Shown piece by piece: positions 63,901 to 64,000 of a DNA stretch of 64,000 nt. Positions within the stretch are counted from its first letter, which is position 1. Every line of letters begins with the position of its first letter. The notes under the pieces are model-generated. The model had not been told where the DNA came from. It saw nothing but the letters and a program-made list of their open reading frames with translations, and did no database searches. The stretch spans positions 352,001 through 416,000 of the forward strand of contig CAVTRC010000001.1 of the NCBI GenBank assembly GCA_963737065.1, given 5' to 3'. Both the position numbers and the translations under genes were made by a program. Origin of the DNA: Candidatus Eremiobacteria bacterium (GTDB taxonomy: Bacteria > Vulcanimicrobiota > Vulcanimicrobiia > Vulcanimicrobiales > Vulcanimicrobiaceae).

Positions 63901-64000
63901 CGCGTCGTATGAGGACTGCAGCCGGTCCGTGCCGTCGTCGCGAACGGCGAATCCCACGCGGCGCGCCTCGGTAAGCTCCGCGATCAGAGCACAGCAGCGC
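60958..64000 (-). CDS. GAF-GGDEF-STAND ATPase-TPR protein (5' partial)
   Basis: TDALTG, DIDFFK, RHGD I-site, GGEEF; GPGGTGKT, LLVFDNCEH, LDGIALAIELAA, WSYELL; helical repeats. Confidence 0.92.
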   Translation of the reverse strand, partial: RCCALIAELTEARRVGFAVRDDGTDRLQSSYDAHGTTGAISLAPGSPLSRALATGSTVIERNERIVAMPIRFGDTLLGAISIDGAPDYDAELMLLLESCALSIGTRLFQEQSSRNHERIERLALTDALTGIANRRMFNETVDREWARATRERLSIALLMVDIDFFKTFNDAYGHQAGDLCLRQVAEAFAGTLKRHGDVVARYGGEEFAVLLPGTDVGGAISLAESLRESVAALALMHGGSSIGRVTVSIGVAAVVPEADQRFEELIEHADHSLYRAKMRGRNRVVTTAYESDAEPARRITAAGPSNLPVQLNRLVGRHAELRDLQALFAQTRLLTITGPGGTGKTRIAVQLANDAASRFPDGAFFVDLARVEDSALVAHALASAIGAGGIAELEDGAVELLREKRALLVFDNCEHVIEGAAKAVAQLLRVCPDVSIIATSREPLSTAGETLYRLPLLGPNDAMELFVERARAVQPTFAVTLQNAETVSAICRELDGIALAIELAAPRIAIMSLEQLLARLHARLSILTGGDRTAPIRQQTIRAAIDWSYELLTTSERRVFARLAIFRGSFSFDAAIDVCGFDDTGEPVFDTVASLIRKSLIADDFGSSENRYRLLESTHEFADEELERSGERDAIARRHAEYYLSLARRADAVYRKTRSSDWIAHLEPDLENFRSALRWSLDVARDPVLGGALAGATVQFFHHAARSEADHWVASALKLLTPDEHPEIEARLYLAIGANARSGTAPQMRAAGERAVELYKRIGDEAGLAEGYRALAQTIAWYFPEERTTGEEVAFESVEIARRLNDPVQLAFSLRTLGLTRDNADVERKRADFAESIALLKQHAADAQISSTITWLSDFEFYVGDERRAYELGREAVHYAELAGSNDLLLLALTNFAFYAAALDEWNVAKSAATRSLELVTGTRQLANLTWAVQAMATFYAGVGDYQRASRLIAFCDARCGVVHAPRQADACEDVMHQRLMAILRERLHPEALATNAHIGSRYTEAQALAEIC

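Overview
GC-rich bacterial window. The gene repertoire (TonB-type receptor, lipoprotein sedolisin, GGDEF-STAND fusion, actinobacterial-type QcrC) suggests Eremiobacterota/Vulcanimicrobiota; that is inference only. Layout: (1) 1-1.2 kb, two Ni/Co transporters. (2) 1.45-13.5 kb, a translationally coupled 8-gene minus-strand operon (TPP enzyme, enolase-superfamily enzyme, FAD/FeS oxidoreductase, NDH-2, glucose dehydrogenase-like SDR, six-hairpin glycosidase, epimerase, cyclase) behind a SigB/SigF-like promoter. (3) 13.7-23 kb, a stress and light island (YsnF, Hsp20, two c-type cytochromes, clade-2 chlorite dismutase, ferritin-like protein, CarH plus photolyase with a visible CarH-type operator). 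(4) 23-38.5 kb, an accessory region with a secreted beta-rich protein, an S53 peptidase, a decayed RES-Xre TA pair whose antitoxin appears split by a 213-bp inversion, an intact wHTH plus nucleotidyltransferase pair, IS3/IS110 remnants and orphans. (5) 38.5-53.8 kb, a TonB-receptor-centred cluster of cell-wall-related enzymes (Alr, DacB, amidase, peptide SBP, serine beta-lactamase-like hydrolase, S9 peptidase, two putative glycosidases), a candidate peptidoglycan-utilisation locus. (6) 53.8-64 kb, an ECF/anti-sigma/ABC operon, katG with an OxyR-like site, DUF4432 and a partial GAF-GGDEF-STAND-TPR protein. Five otherwise intact genes each carry a single +1 frameshift, probably sequencing errors. 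No rRNA, tRNA or CRISPR array was seen. All family assignments come from motif recognition, not database searches.
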